A stretch of 64,000 nt of DNA, taken from the NCBI GenBank assembly GCA_046563655.1, contig CM102285.1:3472001-3536000 (forward strand). The letters run 5' to 3'. The position numbers and the translations under genes are program-made. The notes beneath the pieces are model-generated. The model searched no databases and was not told the origin of the DNA. It worked only from the letters and a program-made list of their open reading frames with translations. This document shows, piece after piece, positions 1 through 12,700 of this stretch (position 1 is the first letter of the stretch; each line of letters starts with the position of its first letter). Source of the DNA: Yuukianura sp. NJ FZ-2021. Its lineage: Eukaryota.

Positions 1-937
1 TAAATACTTTTAAACTAAAAATTAAGCCAAAACGATGCTTTGGGCAGTTAGTTATTCCGATACTTTGAAGGACAAATTACTGCTCTTCAGTAATTTGAAT
101 GTTTTTTTTTATAATAGTCAACAACGAGAATTTGACAATCATGGACTCTAATGATAATGAATTCTTTCATATGTTATATTTTAATGGATTTGAGAACTGT
201 TTTTGATGCTGGGATTTGTTTTGGATGGTTCTGACTGTATTTGCCATTTTGATAATTACTTTTGAAATCTCTGTAATTCACACTTGTTGATCTGGGAGTA
301 ACTGAAAAAAACGCAATGATGAGTCATTGCGTCATATTTTGTTTTAAAATTGTTATTTACTTTGGTGTTTTATTTTTAACTTTTGTTCTTTTCCAGCTTT
401 GGATTTTCCTATAGTTTTTACGAGGGACTTTGCATTTGCATTTTTGTGGGAATTAAAACAGCTATTTTATACTGTAATTTTTTTAAGTTCGGGGCTTAAT
501 GATTTGTACCTCCGAGCCCAAAATTTTGTTATCGCTGGCCGCTGGAACCGCTTTTTGACAAATGTTTTTTTTTCAAAATACTTAGAAAAGTTTTTTTTTA
601 TAGAATTTTTTTTTTAGAAAAACAGTTTTTGTTGAAATATTAACCATTTTTTGTCTATATGATGGTTACACATGACGTCCCATCAATGAATTACTTTGTT
701 GGCTTGGATTGCTTCCCTTCTACAAAACGAGCTGGGAATTACATATGATTTCGTTTTGTTGGAAATAAGCTTCTCCTTTGTTGGACTCTGGGAATTTGCT
801 TGAAACGATTATTGTTACTGTGTCTTATTGGTGATTTACTCGGGTATGTTCATTTTTAAAATGCATTGTTTTATTTTAACTTATTGGTTAGTTGATTTGG
901 AAATTTTCAGCTTTTTAATAAGTTTTCTTATTTGCAG

Positions 938-1285
938 GAAGAAGAGGAAGAAATCCGTCGTTTGAAGGCAACGCTGCCACGTCTTTCCAGAGTAATCGTC
1001 GAGAGTGTTGAAGAGGGCGACATGCAGAAAGAAGTTTCAGTTCGAGACGAATTTTTAAAAACGCAAGACCAAATCATTTCATTGGTGGAGGGCCAAAGAC
1101 ATCGACGACGCGCCACAAGTCAAATGGGGATGGCATCGTCTTCGGCCTCTTCCGCTTACGCTTCTTCGTCGCAATCATTGGCTTCCATAGCGAGTTCGAC
1201 GGTCGGACCAACTGCAAAGATGGAGCCAAGAAGATCACATTCTGTTCATTCATATCCATTTATTAGAAAAACTTCCGGAAACTAG
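938..1285 (+). CDS. Probable terminal coding exon of an unidentified gene (acidic/coiled-coil start, Ser-rich tail)
   Basis: Polypyrimidine-rich acceptor tttgcag ending at 937, then an open, GC-richer frame EEEEEIRRLKATLPRL...KTSGN*. Upstream exons were not resolved and no family was recognised. Confidence 0.4.
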   Translation, partial: EEEEEIRRLKATLPRLSRVIVESVEEGDMQKEVSVRDEFLKTQDQIISLVEGQRHRRRATSQMGMASSSASSAYASSSQSLASIASSTVGPTAKMEPRRSHSVHSYPFIRKTSGN

Positions 1286-2073
1286 GTTGACCAAAACTAG
1301 GAAACGTTAGAACAAGCTTTTCACAAAAACTTAACGGCTAGCTTTCACTTTCAGTCCAAATGCACAAGTATTTAGATGAAACTGTTAGTTACTTTGCAGC
1401 ATTTTACAAAGAAAAAATACATTTTATTTCTTCTAATTTTGATTAGAGCACAGCCTAATACAATTTTCCACTCACCGCAACTTATATTTTTTGTAAACAC
1501 TTGTTACATGCCAGTTTCGCTGCAACATGCGTCGGTTACACAAGTTAGTTTATGTTGACCACGTTAGAGGAATGTTCAGACTCGTACATTCGTAACAAAG
1601 TTGTTGTAGTTTCGGATTGAAAAGACTAGCTTTTATTCCGCAAATGACGAATGTTTGGGTAACCTAGCCTAATTTTTTGTAACTTTTGGGTGCTCTAAAA
1701 CATTGTCCTGTGACGCTTTGGTGTAGGATTTCATAATTCTACCATACAAATTGTCTATAATCCTTAAGTGACTACACTTCTTATGTAATGACGTTCTATG
1801 GGCTTTCATTGTCCTTGGCTTTTGCCTTTTAACTCTTCCATTTAAATACTCTCCATTTTAAAGCGTTGAAAATATAAACAATTGAAGTATGATTCGACCA
1901 AGGTCAATGTATTTTTTCTACGTATCATTGCATCAGTCGATCAGTCTACATATCGTCATTCTCAGTCAGTCTGAGTATTAAGAACAAAATACTTGCATAT
2001 ACGGACCAAAGACTCCGTGTAGAAATAGATAGGTGTTGACGGACAGTCGAAAATTGTGTGGATAGCTGGAAAG

Positions 2074-2500
2074 ATGATTTTGGAAATTTTAGCAATAATT
2101 TCAGTAGTAGTTTCCATATGTTTGATTTTGTACGGCAGAAGGAATTATGGTGTGTTGGAAAATTGTGGATTTCCGGTAGCTCCGCTTTTCTTAGGAGGTA
2201 CCCATTCCGTTACGAGGAAATTCAACATCTCAAGGACAACGAGAGATTCAAAAAATATGGACCAATTTAGGGGGTCAATCTGTTTTTCAAATTTGTCAAA
2301 CTTAAAAATTGAGAAACCGTCCTTTAGAAAGCTAGAAGCCTATAAGCCTGTTTCACGAACTTTCGTTTTTTGATTTTTGAAATTTTCAGTTGTACTTTGA
2401 ATCAAACTCCAAGAAAATTCGATAACCTTCGATAACTGGTCAATTCTTATACTACATGGCCCATAATCCAAAGATCCAGAACGATTTGTACCAAGCAATT
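2074..2500 (+). pseudogene. Cytochrome P450 (CYP3-clan-like) pseudogene remnant
   Basis: N-terminal anchor MILEILAIISVVVSICLILYGRRNYGVLENCGFPVAP, then a frameshift into PFRYEEIQHLKDNERFKKYGPI and TAG where Trp is expected. At 2444-2500 an I/J-helix-like fragment FLYYMAHNPKIQNDLYQAI. No heme-binding motif seen. Confidence 0.7.
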
Positions 2501-3022
2501 TATTCGGATCCTAAAAACATGTTTCAACCCTCCTTTTTCTTGAACAATTTTTTTCCGACGCCTATTCCAGTTTGTGGCGCAGCATATCAAATATTAAGAG
2601 AAATTTTAAACAAATAATTATGCTTTATCCAGTGGTTCAGTTCTTGTGTCATTCTTACGCCAAATATTACGCTGTAAATTAAAGCTATGCCTCAATCATG
2701 AAAATATTATATCAGAATTCATAATAAGTGGACAACAAAACGCAACTCACAACTTGTGGAAACCAGAATTTGGGAATTTTATGAGATCTTCATAACCCCG
2801 AGCAGTTTGTTCTTTTCAAATAATGTTTGACCTTGGAATGTTGACTCGATGAGATCTTCCTTGCAGGCAAACGATTGACCTTGAAACGTGTGCACATTAG
2901 GGAAGTTCAGAGCAAAGGGGACACAAATTTTTCTCGAAATGCTGTCCTCCCAATCAAAAAAACTGTTCCACTTCATAAGAAAAAAAATTGGTAAAATTAT
3001 TGAATTTTTATTTTGACTCTAA

Positions 3023-3445
3023 CTATTGCTGCTTTGAGGTCGTAAGTCCAGCATGGGGATCTTAGCAAAAATCAGATGCATATATTTTCGGAAATATTTT
3101 ATTATCCAGGCCCATTTTTGAAAATTATGAAATTTCTTCTCTGAAGGCCCTATAGACCCCTGATAGTAAAAAACAAAAAAAAAATCAAAAAAATTGTTTC
3201 CGGAAATAATATTTGATTTTCAAAAAAGCATTTTTTTTCTTCAAAATTTCGAAAAAAAATTAAAAAAATTTTGTCCAATATGGATGAAAATCGGTTTGTA
3301 GACTAATTTGGGGATGCTGAATACGATTCTGAAAAAAATTTTCAAAAAAAAAGTCAAACTTAACCTAACTAACGTAACCTAACCTTTAGTACCCTAGGGA
3401 GGCCCCAGTTTGCATAGGAAAAAGATTAGCTCGAAGCAGCAATAG
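3023..3445. mobile_element. MITE with ~16-bp TIR and 3-bp TAA target duplication
   Basis: Ends ctattgctgctttgag and ctcgaagcagcaatag (1 mismatch). TAA on both sides (3020-3022, 3446-3448). Internal TAACC repeats. Confidence 0.7.
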
Positions 3446-5249
3446 TAAGACTTGAGCTACCGCTGCAATATTTTTTACCAAACTCCCACTCATACAACTG
3501 AACAGTTTTAGAGGTTGGGACAGGACGTTTCGTAACGTTGTGGAATCTGAACTTCCCTAGTGCACATAAGAGTTCCTTCCTGCATCGCCTCTCTGATCAA
3601 CAGTCTATTCTCTGTTTTTAAGTTCACCATTCACTTCAATTCAGTAAAAAGAATCTAAAGCATTATAGGAAGGAAACTGACGGCATATTTTGTGTTAGAT
3701 TCATTTGAAGCTGTTTCAAAATGGTATTTCCCGTTCAACTTAGGGGTTCCGTTGTGATGAAAATTGTCGGATCAATAATTTCCGAGATCATAGCGGGAAA
3801 AGATGATGACAAAGTTTGGGATCCTGCGTTTGACAATTTTAACGACACGCTACGATGGTAAGTAAAACTAAAAAAAAATGTTGGGTCCATGAATATTGTA
3901 CGATTGTAACTGTACTAAAAGGTTTGATTGGGTAGTTTATTTTAATTTTTGCAGGCCTGTCTAATTCTTTATTACTTTATTTTCACAAAAAAAATGTGTC
4001 CGGCGAAAAAAAGCAAAGTAATGTGTCATTTTCTCTTTTTCAGGGCACTCACCCGTTTCCGGGCGCCTGGTTCTACGTGGATTATTAATCCAAGTTAGAT
4101 ATTTCGAAAACAGGTTCAGGGGAAAACGACTTCTCCGCAGCCCCAACTTGTAAATGGGGACTACAACAGGTATTAAGGGTCGTGGTCAACAGAAGGGACG
4201 CGCGAAGTTTGGCCGTAACACCTCAAGTTCTAAACACAAAACCTTATGATTTTGATAATCAAATACCTTGGATTCAATTCATGTTAAATTTTCAAATCTT
4301 CGAACTAAAAAGGTGAAAGCCAGATTTCGTCCATCATAAGCAGTGATGATGCGGTGGTCCGGATAACTGGACCCCTTCGCCCTCTAATTACTCGCGAGTA
4401 TTTGGCTCAGCTTGAGTGACCACTGAGTGTACAAAGGCAATCACGGTACACTGCTAAAGCCCTTTGCAACGGACGCATCAGTTTTGGCTCAAATATAACC
4501 TAATGAAATGACCTTTATGAGTCAAAATAAAGTTTAAAAAAATTAAAATAAAAGCCTTCAGAATTTGAGTCAAACTTGAGTGTGACTTGCAGAAATCACT
4601 GAGAACCCTACCGTGAAGTCGTTCGTCGATTACAAACCTTTGTACTTTGAGAACTCTCAGTGTCTGCGGATGTATGTATATTCTGGTACTCAATAGCTGC
4701 TGATATATCGATTGAATATGGAAATATTTATAATTAATTCAACGGGCTGCAAAAAATATATTCTGAAGTAGTAAGGATTTTTATCCTTAAAAATTATTCA
4801 GCCATTTTAAAAATGCTTATATTTTTCATTTTTACAATTTTTTCAAATTTTCAAATTTTATTTGTCGTTTGGTAAAACATGCCAAACATCTTTTAAAAAT
4901 ATTTAGCCTATTTTATTTCGAACCAAAATTTGGCCTTTTTGCGTGTGCTTTTGGTTGTAGCGTTACAATTTTAACTTTTATGCTTAAAGTGGTGAAGTAT
5001 CAAAGAAAGATAAGTTTAGTAAAATTTGATGCGTCGTTTACAAAGTTGCTTCACACGACGCTTAAAGTGTCACATTTTATAACCACTGTGTCGAAAACAT
5101 TTTAAAAATTCTTAGAAACTCTTAAATATAATGACATTTCTCGTAAATGTTTCAATAAATATTTAAGGAATTTTTTAGTAAATACTTTTGGCAGCCCTGT
5201 CAATTACGTATAAAACATAATACTTAACCTTATCTATTTTGGGTTGTAG

Positions 5250-6360
5250 GAAATAATCCATCATGGCCGATTTATCGAGATGCAGTTTTAGATGTGTCAA
5301 TTCCAGTCAAGGCCTTGATTCGAAACGACACTCCTGAAATGCTGGCAGCGTTGAAAATGCAGCAAGACGAAAGACAACCACTTAGCTGGTGGATTTCGCA
5401 ACATAGACAAGAATTTGATTCTATTGGGTAGACTATAGTTTTTTTTAAGTTTCATGGGTCATATTTTTGGACGTTTTAAGAATTGTATTTTAAAAAAAAA
5501 ATTAGAGCAACAATTGTCACTACCAGGAACGTGTTGAAGAAAAGCTTTTTGGAAAAATGGCGCAAATGGAACCGGCTTTTTAAAAAGATTGAAGTAGATG
5601 GCGTTACTTTTCTGATTTCAAGGAGTGATCCCATGCCTCAAACTAACACACTAACGACCGGCGATGAATTTGAGGAAATACTTTATCCAACTAATGAAAC
5701 TGCTAATGAAAGTAGTTCAAGTAATTTGTCACTTTAATGAAAAACAAACGCAGAAGTAACACATTTTAATTGTTCAACAAGGAAAAACTAAAACTATACA
5801 AATATCTCTGTTCCTAGCAACAGTAAAACGGAAAACCTAGGGAATATTTTTGCTGCAGCTCGCTGAGGGCATAAAAGTGCTTTATTCTGGAGAAATTGAT
5901 GCGTTCTATGGAAATGACGTTTTGGAGCTGAAAACAGGGGAAATGAGTCAACCCAGGTAAATTAAAAAAAAACCTTCATAATTCATTGCATATGAATTCC
6001 AAGGGTGCAGATATGTAACGATTTTTTTTTCTAAAATCCAACATTAGAAACAAGCTGCAGGCGCTCGTCCAATGTAAACTAAGCGGCTGTGAAACTATAA
6101 TTATTGGAAAAACGGAGAAGACAGGTGGAAATACAAGAATTACTCATGTTGAATTATGGACTACAGAAAAACTGGAACGCGATATGGTACATACCTCAAG
6201 TTAATATAATACCTCAAGTTAACTTAATAAAACACTCGTTTATATAGGTTTGTTTTTTTAGTAATCATTTTTGTTCTTTACAGAAACATCGGTTTGCAGC
6301 ATGTACCAGGCAGGCTAAGCACACACTTCAACGAGTTCTTAAGATTGATCCTCAAGATTA
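5250..6360 (+). pseudogene. Divergent DXO/Rai1-family (PD-(D/E)xK) decapping nuclease-like gene, probably with a premature stop; 5' exons unresolved
   Basis: Exons ~5250-5427, 5506-~5720, 5818-5956, ~6048-6187, ~6284-6360. They encode IVTTRNVLKK, TGDEFEE, VLYSGEID, LELKT and KLQALVQCKLSGCETIIIG in the order of the DXO motifs. In-frame TAG at 5838-5840. Confidence 0.65.
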
Positions 6361-6706
6361 AATGAACCTGCTTTTTTTGCCTTTTGAAATCGTTTTGATC
6401 ATTTTCGTTTTAACTCCATTTTACTGAATTTTCTCAAATAAGGAATGAATTTCTCAGACTCTCTTTTGAGCAGACAAAATTTTGCACTTTATTGATTGCG
6501 CCAATTTTGAAGATGGTGGTGACAAATAAATCGATATTGATGCAAAAAAAAAGTAAGATGTTAAACCCTCTTGCCCAATATTCTTTTTGGTTCCATTGTG
6601 TATAGATACTTGATGAATTCATATAGTATACATAGGTTTTAAACAACAGTTAAATTTGAGAATCTATTATTATGAAAAAATTATGAAAATTTCATTAATA
6701 ACACAA

Positions 6707-9700
6707 ATGAAGGTGGCGGTGCTGTTCCTTTTCGTTTCGATGACTTCAGCTCATGGTAAGAGAAAACTTTTAATAGAAAAATTACAACTTGCAAATTTTT
6801 TTATTTAAAAGTACTTATATTTAAAGATATCTACAATTGTATTGTTACTTGACAGGAAAAGTGTGTCCAGGATTTTGCAACAAGAACCTCACGCAATGTA
6901 CTGCAAACAATGGAAAAATTGATGGATACTGTACTGATGGATTTTCTTATTGTTGTAACAGTAAGGAGTCAATAGACTTAAAAGCTTAAAATTTTAATAT
7001 ATTTTAAATACGAATACTATAACAAATACTAATACAGTGGATTCTCTAAATAAGGGAAAAAATCACGATTGGAGGATTGGTAGTAGGCGCCTCCCCCAGT
7101 ACCGTAAGATTTCTGGTAAACGGTCAGTTATATGGAATTTAAGGCTAGGAACACCATTCTAATGAAAATTTCCTGTTTCGAAGTTCAGAGTATATAATTT
7201 ATATTAATATACATAATATTCATATATTAATGCTAATTATATGTAATATCTATATACTAATCAATATTATATGGTATATTATATGTTACGTTTATTATTA
7301 TTAAACAGGAAATAACTATAATATATTATATACAGTGCGCTGTTGCGCAGGTTGTGCGCTGTTGCGCAGGTTGTGCGCTGTTGTGCAGGTTGTGCGCTGT
7401 TGCGCAGGTTGTGCGCTGTTGTGCAGGTTGTGCGCTGTTGTGCAGGTTGTGCGCTGTTGCGCAGGTTGTGCGCTGTTGTGCAGGTTGTGCGCTGTTGTGC
7501 AGGTAGTCAACCCAGCTGTTGCGCAGGTTGTGCGCCTTGTTGCAGGTAGTGCGCTGTTGCGCATTGTGCCGAATGTGCAGGTAGTCCGCTGTTGCGCAGG
7601 TTGTGCGCTGTTGCGCAGGTTGTGCGCTGTTGCGCAGGTTGTGCGCTGTTGCGCAGGTATGTGCGCTGTTGTGAATGTCACCCTTATTAAACAGGTTATA
7701 TAATATAATATATTATATACAGTGCGCTGTTGCGCAGGTTGTGCGCTGTTGCGCAGGTTGTGCGCTGTTGCGCAGGTTGTGCGCAGATATATATATATAT
7801 AATATATATATATTAATATTAGTTAATTCCATTTAATTATCTAATTACTTTTGTTTCGCACCAAAAAAAAATTAACCAAAAAAAAAGCAATCGTAAAAAA
7901 TAAGCCGATAAACTGAAACATACGTTCCCTCCAAAATTAAAACTTTACGGTACCGCGACTTCGAGTGAAAGTGAGAAAGAGGAGGAGCTCCTGTCCCTTA
8001 TTTAGAGAATCCACTGTACTAGTAATTTATGTTTAGCGGCCTATGGAGTTACTGGAACCTGTGGAGCAAAATTGAGGCTCAACATTGTGAGCTACTTCAA
8101 ATCACCGCAGTTCCCAGCCAATTCCGCTGGAGACCTCATTTGCCAATTCAATCTCAAATTGAGGCATAATTCAGTTGGTGTTCGGTAAGCAAAGTTACTT
8201 TTTAAACGAAAACAAAATTACAAGCACTTTCTTGAAATAGTATCAAAACTTAGTTGTGGAAACGTTTTTTTAAACTGACTATTGACTTAACCTAACTGAG
8301 CATTGAATCATTACTACCAATTGAAGAATGTAGCTTTTAATATTTACCACGCTTTCAACTTTTACATTAAACTAAAAAAGAGAAAAGCACGTAAAGAATT
8401 TAGTAGTAGTTATAGGTACATGAAAATTTCTATTTCGTAAACCATATTAGAATAAGCTTTACAAAAGATTTCCCTTAATAACTATAGTTAGTGTACTTGA
8501 AAATTTTAGTTTTATCGCAAACAAACTACTAAACTACACTATATATTAGTTTCTTGGTGTAGATTATTTTATTTGCTTTTGTTGGGCGGTGCTGTAAAAT
8601 CAAGGCATGTTATAGTAAGGCAGTTGAGATTTTTTTTAAAGAGATTCACTAGCATTTCAAAAAAAAACTATATTTTTCTTTTGAGTATTGCGCACGCTTC
8701 AGTTAGGACGTGACTTCGAATACTGCTTGGCTTTAAATTTAAGACATCATTTGACAGTTAAATCCTGTCCTCATCAAAACTGACTTTTCCACCTCCACTG
8801 ATCCGTGGTAGAGAGACTACGTCTTGGTTAGTATGAACTGCTTTTAGTTGAGCCATCTTGGCTATTCGAGCGTCTTCTTGCACAACGTGGTCTATTCCAA
8901 ATGAACTGATGAGAACATTGAGAACGGAAATGATGAAGATTTTGATGGTGACTACGTTATTGAGTATGTTAGCCAATGACTGGTTCTTGGGCTTGTTCAT
9001 GTTGAGGGATCCTAGAAAAAGCATGCAGATTCCTGCCGTGACCTAAAATAAATTCAAAAGAAAAGTTTCAGTGTCATATCCAACTAATTTGTAAACATTC
9101 AGGAAAAGCCTAATGTTTTTGATTCCCGTGATTCTTGTGACTAAAAATTTTCATACCTAAACAAAACTAAAAGCGCTTTGGGTGGTTCTATGCTCCACCG
9201 AGTGGGACTCCTACTCCAATAATGGAGGGGGTGATGGAAGTGGGATCAAATGCTGAAATGAGGATATTGATGCCGGTTATTCCGAAACTGATTGCAAGTT
9301 GTCCGTAATTGAATAGATGTGCTGACCAAATATTTGAGTCAAGATGAAGTCGACATTCGCGTAGAGCATTTAGCGTTAATGCCATCACACCCGAGACTAC
9401 CTAGAGCAATCAAATACAAAAGGAAATCAGTAACTGTTCTTGGCAATCAAGCGAACAAAGGAAACGTTTCTAAAAATGTTTCGATGTTACAGTAGTTGCT
9501 GTTTTAAAATGAGGTCAAACGACGTTTGGTTAAGATTGAAAGTTACGTTTTTTATGATATACTCCTTAGTAGAATATTTTTCTCGTATTTCTTTTATTAG
9601 AATTTCTGACAATTATTTCCGATTTCCAATTGTAAACGACATGCTCACAAAATTTGATGGACATCAAATTTTGGGTGGTTATTTTGCTTTGGGTGTTGTA

Positions 9701-12700
9701 AAATTGAAAAATGTTCTCACGCCGGCTATTCACCTTTGAAAGAAACGCTTTCTCTGCTACATACGACAGAAAAAAGCATTTTGCGTCCAAATTTTGAAGT
9801 GAATGAACCCTGGACATGCAATATCCTCATCTTGAAATGATTTATGCTACTTTCTACAACCAGTGTCCAGATTTCCATTCCTGCAATGGAAAGTTGCAAA
9901 ACCTATCCCAACATAGCCAAGCTCAAGCTAATAGGTGCTTTTGACATGTGTCCAACGGCTTGAGTGAGGTCAGTTAACTTTGCATGAATGCAACCGGTCA
10001 TAAAATGTGTGAAAACGAATTCTAAATCCATAACTTTCTCTTCTGTTTTCACTTTGTCACCGCTCGGCACAACACACGCCACAGCGATTTCTTTTCTTGC
10101 CTTGCATTTCGTGTTCTTTTGCATCTCGCAATGAAAAACCAAGTTTTGGACTGACTTATATACGAACCATTATAACTTATGATTTAATATTAATTATAAT
10201 TTACTTCTAATATAATGTAACTCACCTGGAGGACAATGGAGATGGAAATGAGGGTGAGCATGACATGGTAGAATGGATGTCTGTTTCCGGCTTGTAGGAC
10301 ATACTTCAACTGACTCGCTAAAAAATTAAAAAACAAAGCTTATACAATTGTGAAAACAATGGCCGTGTGGCAAATGCTCAAAGTTGGTTTTATGTTTACA
10401 ACAAGGTTTCTCAAATTTTACCATTTGCAGTAAGTAGTGCAATGTCGAGCATTCCCTGTGCAATCGTCTTTTTGGTTGCATAGCGATTGACGTTAAGCTG
10501 CTTGCTCTAAAATTCAAAAAAAAAAAATTAAGCATGCTGAACCTTGAAGATTTTATTTGATCCTCAAAACTTGGGCCTAAATTTTTTTCTCCTTTACCTT
10601 CTTAGGAGAATCAATCGAGGATTTGGTCATCATAATTGATTTTAGCAAAATCAAAAATATTATTTCAAATTAAAAAATCGGACATGAACCAAGGCTTATT
10701 CAAATTGAAATTCAAATTCCCAATTTCTTACAGATTGCGATTCGTATGGTTCCACTTCCGTCATTTCTTCTACTTTTCGTTTGACAGTTGAAGTGGTCAT
10801 GCAAGGTTCCGTATCCACTGAAATCAAAATCACACTCGACACTTGTTTTCCGAACGAATTTTGGAAACCGTGTCATCCAAAATCACGAAAGGCTTTCAGC
10901 AGACACGGATTCCAATACTGCTTTGTCTTAAGCCTAAAAGTTGAACAGTCAATGAAATTGGTTTTTGGCAAAGCTCTTTTCTGCTTACTCACGAACGGTG
11001 ACGAAAACTGAGCTTTTGGCTCTACACCGTGGAAGTAGCGTCAAAGACCTTGGCTTCTGAATTCTGAGTATAGGCAAACGTATATGTTTTCCTGCGAAAG
11101 TACACGGATCGATAACTTCTTTTGCCTTGCTAAGTACAGCGTTTGCTCAGAGAAATTTGAACGTACTGAGGAGGGTGTCGTAGTCTATTCTTAGCTGTAA
11201 GAATTCAAAACTTCAATAATTTTTGACAGTGAAGCTTGAGCAGTTTTCAGTTGCCTGGCGGTGTTTATGTATGGAACTGGCAAAAACCTACTGGCATAGG
11301 CTTAAAGATAAAGTATTTTTTGTTTCGAAAAGTCGTGGGATGTCGAAGTATGAACTATGAAGCAAAAAGTTTTTTCAGGTTCCATACCATGGGCATTCTG
11401 AAAGTTTCTGCAGATTTAGGCTTTATGTTTAAGCTTGGGGGTGGTTTCGAATCACGGGGATGAAATTATAGCAACTGTGATACACAAACACACACACATT
11501 TTTTGTTCTTTGTATAACCCAGTGAGTCACTCTGCAAAATATCGAAATCCATAGAATTATGCTTGTGAATAAAAATGAAAATTTTTTTTTTTACATCGCT
11601 CGATCATTGAGTGTTTACACTTCAAGCCACCTTTCTCTTTTAGCCAACTTTTATTTACCTTTAGACCATGATTTAATAAAAATTTTGATCAAGCCATTAG
11701 GCATGGGCGCGGCTGTTTCCTAGTGGCTAAATTTATTCACGAACAATTTCCCCCCACATTTTTCAATCCATCTTCATTTTATTTTCCTTTCAGACTGGAT
11801 TTTTTGCACTTTGAATCTGATGAACGGAGCTTCGGTCCACATCAGCATACATGCGATTCTGACTTGTTCTTTATTCGAGGATTTCAGAGATGGATGCCCC
11901 AAGCAAGATGTGGCAAATTCACTGGCTACTCGAGTGAGCCAGTTGAAACGATTTGAGTTATAATATTATTTATGTCGATTTTTAATTATTTTTTTCGAAA
12001 TTCGAAAACCGAACTACAGCGGTCATTCCAAGACCTGGAATTCAAGATGATGAACTAAAGACGCTGGTTCTCTTGGCCGTCATGTCAAGTCCAGCGTACT
12101 CATGGAACATCAAGATTACACAAATGTTTGAAGTTGGAGTTCAAAATGGTTAGAGATACTCCTATCTTACAATTGCTGAAAACCGGTCTGCATAAGTAAG
12201 AAACGTATTACTTTTTCAGATCAGGAATCCTTGAAATCTGACGATGACGAAGGGATATTAACAAGGAATACCACTGGAAATGCTACGGAGCTGCCAAGGT
12301 CAAGATCAAACCATTTAAAACGCGTGAGGAATATGTTTGCAAGGAACGAAAGCCGGAGTGTCAAATCTACTGCAGAATTCAGCCCAGAGTTTGACACGGG
12401 GAGAAAGTACAAATTCGAAACTTTTTTTCATGAAATCATTTGACATGAATGAAGTTATGCCTGCAAGACATGGACGTTTTTTTTTTCAATTCCTTAGCCC
12501 CCGCCTTTCTTCAATCGTCAATGGTGTTGAAACCGACATCAAGTCGGTGCCATGGCAAGCCAGTCTGCGCATGTTCTACACAGCGGATCAGGTTCCTTTG
12601 CACGCAATCCAAGAAGTGATTGGAGAAAATTGCAGCGTCTCTGAAGGTATCCATTTCTGCGGGGGTTCAGTCATTGACAACCAAAACATCCTTACTGCTG

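Noticed and set aside
7316-7703. Cys-rich and Thr/Gln-rich ORFs; possible CRISPR-like array
   Set aside because: These are translations of a 19-bp minisatellite with no unique spacers, in a eukaryotic intron.
9903-10142. 79-aa minus-strand ORF as a third ninjurin exon
   Set aside because: No hydrophobic TM2 or NxLISxF motif, and no convincing in-frame acceptor.
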